From Takakia lepidozioides (lineage: Eukaryota; Plantae; Bryophyta): a stretch of DNA of 64,000 bases. Position numbers and translations under genes: made by a program. The stretch covers positions 90,024,001 to 90,088,000 of the forward strand of contig CM060731.1 in the NCBI GenBank assembly GCA_030704615.1, read 5' to 3'. The notes under the pieces were generated by a model that saw only the letters and a list, made by a program, of their open reading frames with translations, was not told the origin of the DNA and ran no database searches. Every line of letters starts with the position of its first letter. Position 1 is the first letter of the stretch. Shown here one piece after another: positions 62,716 to 64,000 of this stretch.

Positions 62716-64000
62716 GGATTTTGATTGTTGTGTCAATCGTCTTGACAAAAGCGTCAATCGGTAATGCCAAAACAACAGTGACCCAATCGGAGTCTGGAGT
62801 GCTTGGGTGATTGCAAACTAGAGTGGACCAAAAACGGCAGATCATAAGTACATAAAGAGTACATAAAGGAGGATGTGGCCAATCCTCAACCATCGGATTT
62901 GCTTCAACTGACAATCTTGACCGTCTACTATTGACTGTTAAAACCAATACTTTTAAATTGCGATATATCAATTCACAAATGTTTTTTTGTATTTTGATCA
63001 TATCAACTCTGCATTTATGGTGAATGAATGCGTGTAATGAAAAAAGTTTTGTTATTTCAAAAGAATTTAGTTATAAAGGACTTTATGAAAATAGCTATTT
63101 TTTAGGCTCAAAATAGTACATAATTTTTTTTTTTAACTTCATATTTTTGAATGATAGTTTTCATTCCAATCTCCAAAGCAAGGTTGAGAGAGTCCCTTTT
63201 CTTGACTTTGTTCTAACTCCTATATTAGAAAAGTCCATAACGTCTTTTTTAATGGACTGTGACAATTCCTTATGGACTTTTTAAAAGTCCATAGCATCTA
63301 GAGATTCTGGTTTTTGATAATGAGATTTAAATGTCTGAAAGTATGTGTAGATGAGCCTCTATATATTAGTCCCTGTTTATTGATGGCATTGTCATGTAAG
63401 AGTATGATAATTTACCACTTTTCTATGTCTGGAAAAAACAGTGTTGTGACAGCAAAAGATGGACACTGTAGGCTGCAATCACCCGCTTTGAAAATCATAG
63501 TTTTTGAATGTCCAGGGGTAGGGAAGCTATGATGCCGTTGGAATAGTCTATGGCATATCTGTTGGGCTCTGTGCAGATGCCTGCAGACTGGTGTAAGTCA
63601 TGCCCTTTTACAGATGTTATTGACAGGGGTAGCATTATGTAGGGTTGTACCAGATATAGAGTCATCAGGATATCAATTGCAGGATATCAACCCAGATATC
63701 AATGTATCCGGACCCGGAACCGGCATTTTTTAGTATCCGGGTTAGATGCATAACCAGCGGATCATGACCATAGCTCAGCGCGCATGTCCACTGATGTTGA
63801 CAATGATGCAGAGAACGGATACGAGGCAACTTGCCTGCAATCTGTCAACTCTCAACATGACCTCCTGATGTGTGGAGGCTTTTTCTCATACAGAGGGGAA
63901 TGCGGATGTCCCGAGATGGAACTTACTTGCAGATTGGTATGATCCATAGGTATCGGTGGTACGAGCATGGTCTATAAAGTATAAAAACATAGTGGAAACA

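Noticed and set aside
63225-63295. TATGGACTTTTTAAAAGTCCATA hairpin and AAGTCC repeats as a terminator or RNA gene
   Set aside because: Short AT-rich inverted repeat with no RNA-gene features; more likely a MITE remnant.

Overview
Eukaryotic, repeat-dominated land-plant DNA. Spliceosomal GT-AG introns, a chromovirus and CRE/L1/RTE-type LINEs suggest a bryophyte-like host (inference). The first ~36 kb (1.4-36.1 kb) is a rearranged, partly duplicated giant DNA-transposon-like locus. It contains (i) fragments of a Mutator (MULE)-like DDE transposase with an N-terminal WRKY/GCM-fold-like Zn domain and a C-terminal SWIM finger; (ii) two decayed copies of a spliced gene fusing a ParB/Srx-like domain to a beta-class N4/N6 amino-DNA-methyltransferase-like domain; (iii) three copies of an unknown ~190-aa gene; and (iv) six arrays of a 22-bp palindrome GGAAA-N3-GGYRCC-N3-TTTCC. 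The dyads of these palindromes are spaced almost entirely at whole helical turns (about 32, 53, 63, 72-74, 85, 95-96 and 106 bp), although the spacers are unrelated. A young full-length Ty3/Gypsy chromovirus (14959-21923, TSD CCAGG) interrupts one array. The remainder holds L1-like LINEs, a CACTA transposase fragment, a CRE-like RLE retrotransposon, one multi-exon host WD40 gene (~42885-52880) with tandem intronic LINE 3' ends, and a non-autonomous hAT element containing a nested LINE and a chromovirus remnant. All assignments come from visual motif recognition and hand-counted coordinates; no searches were run.
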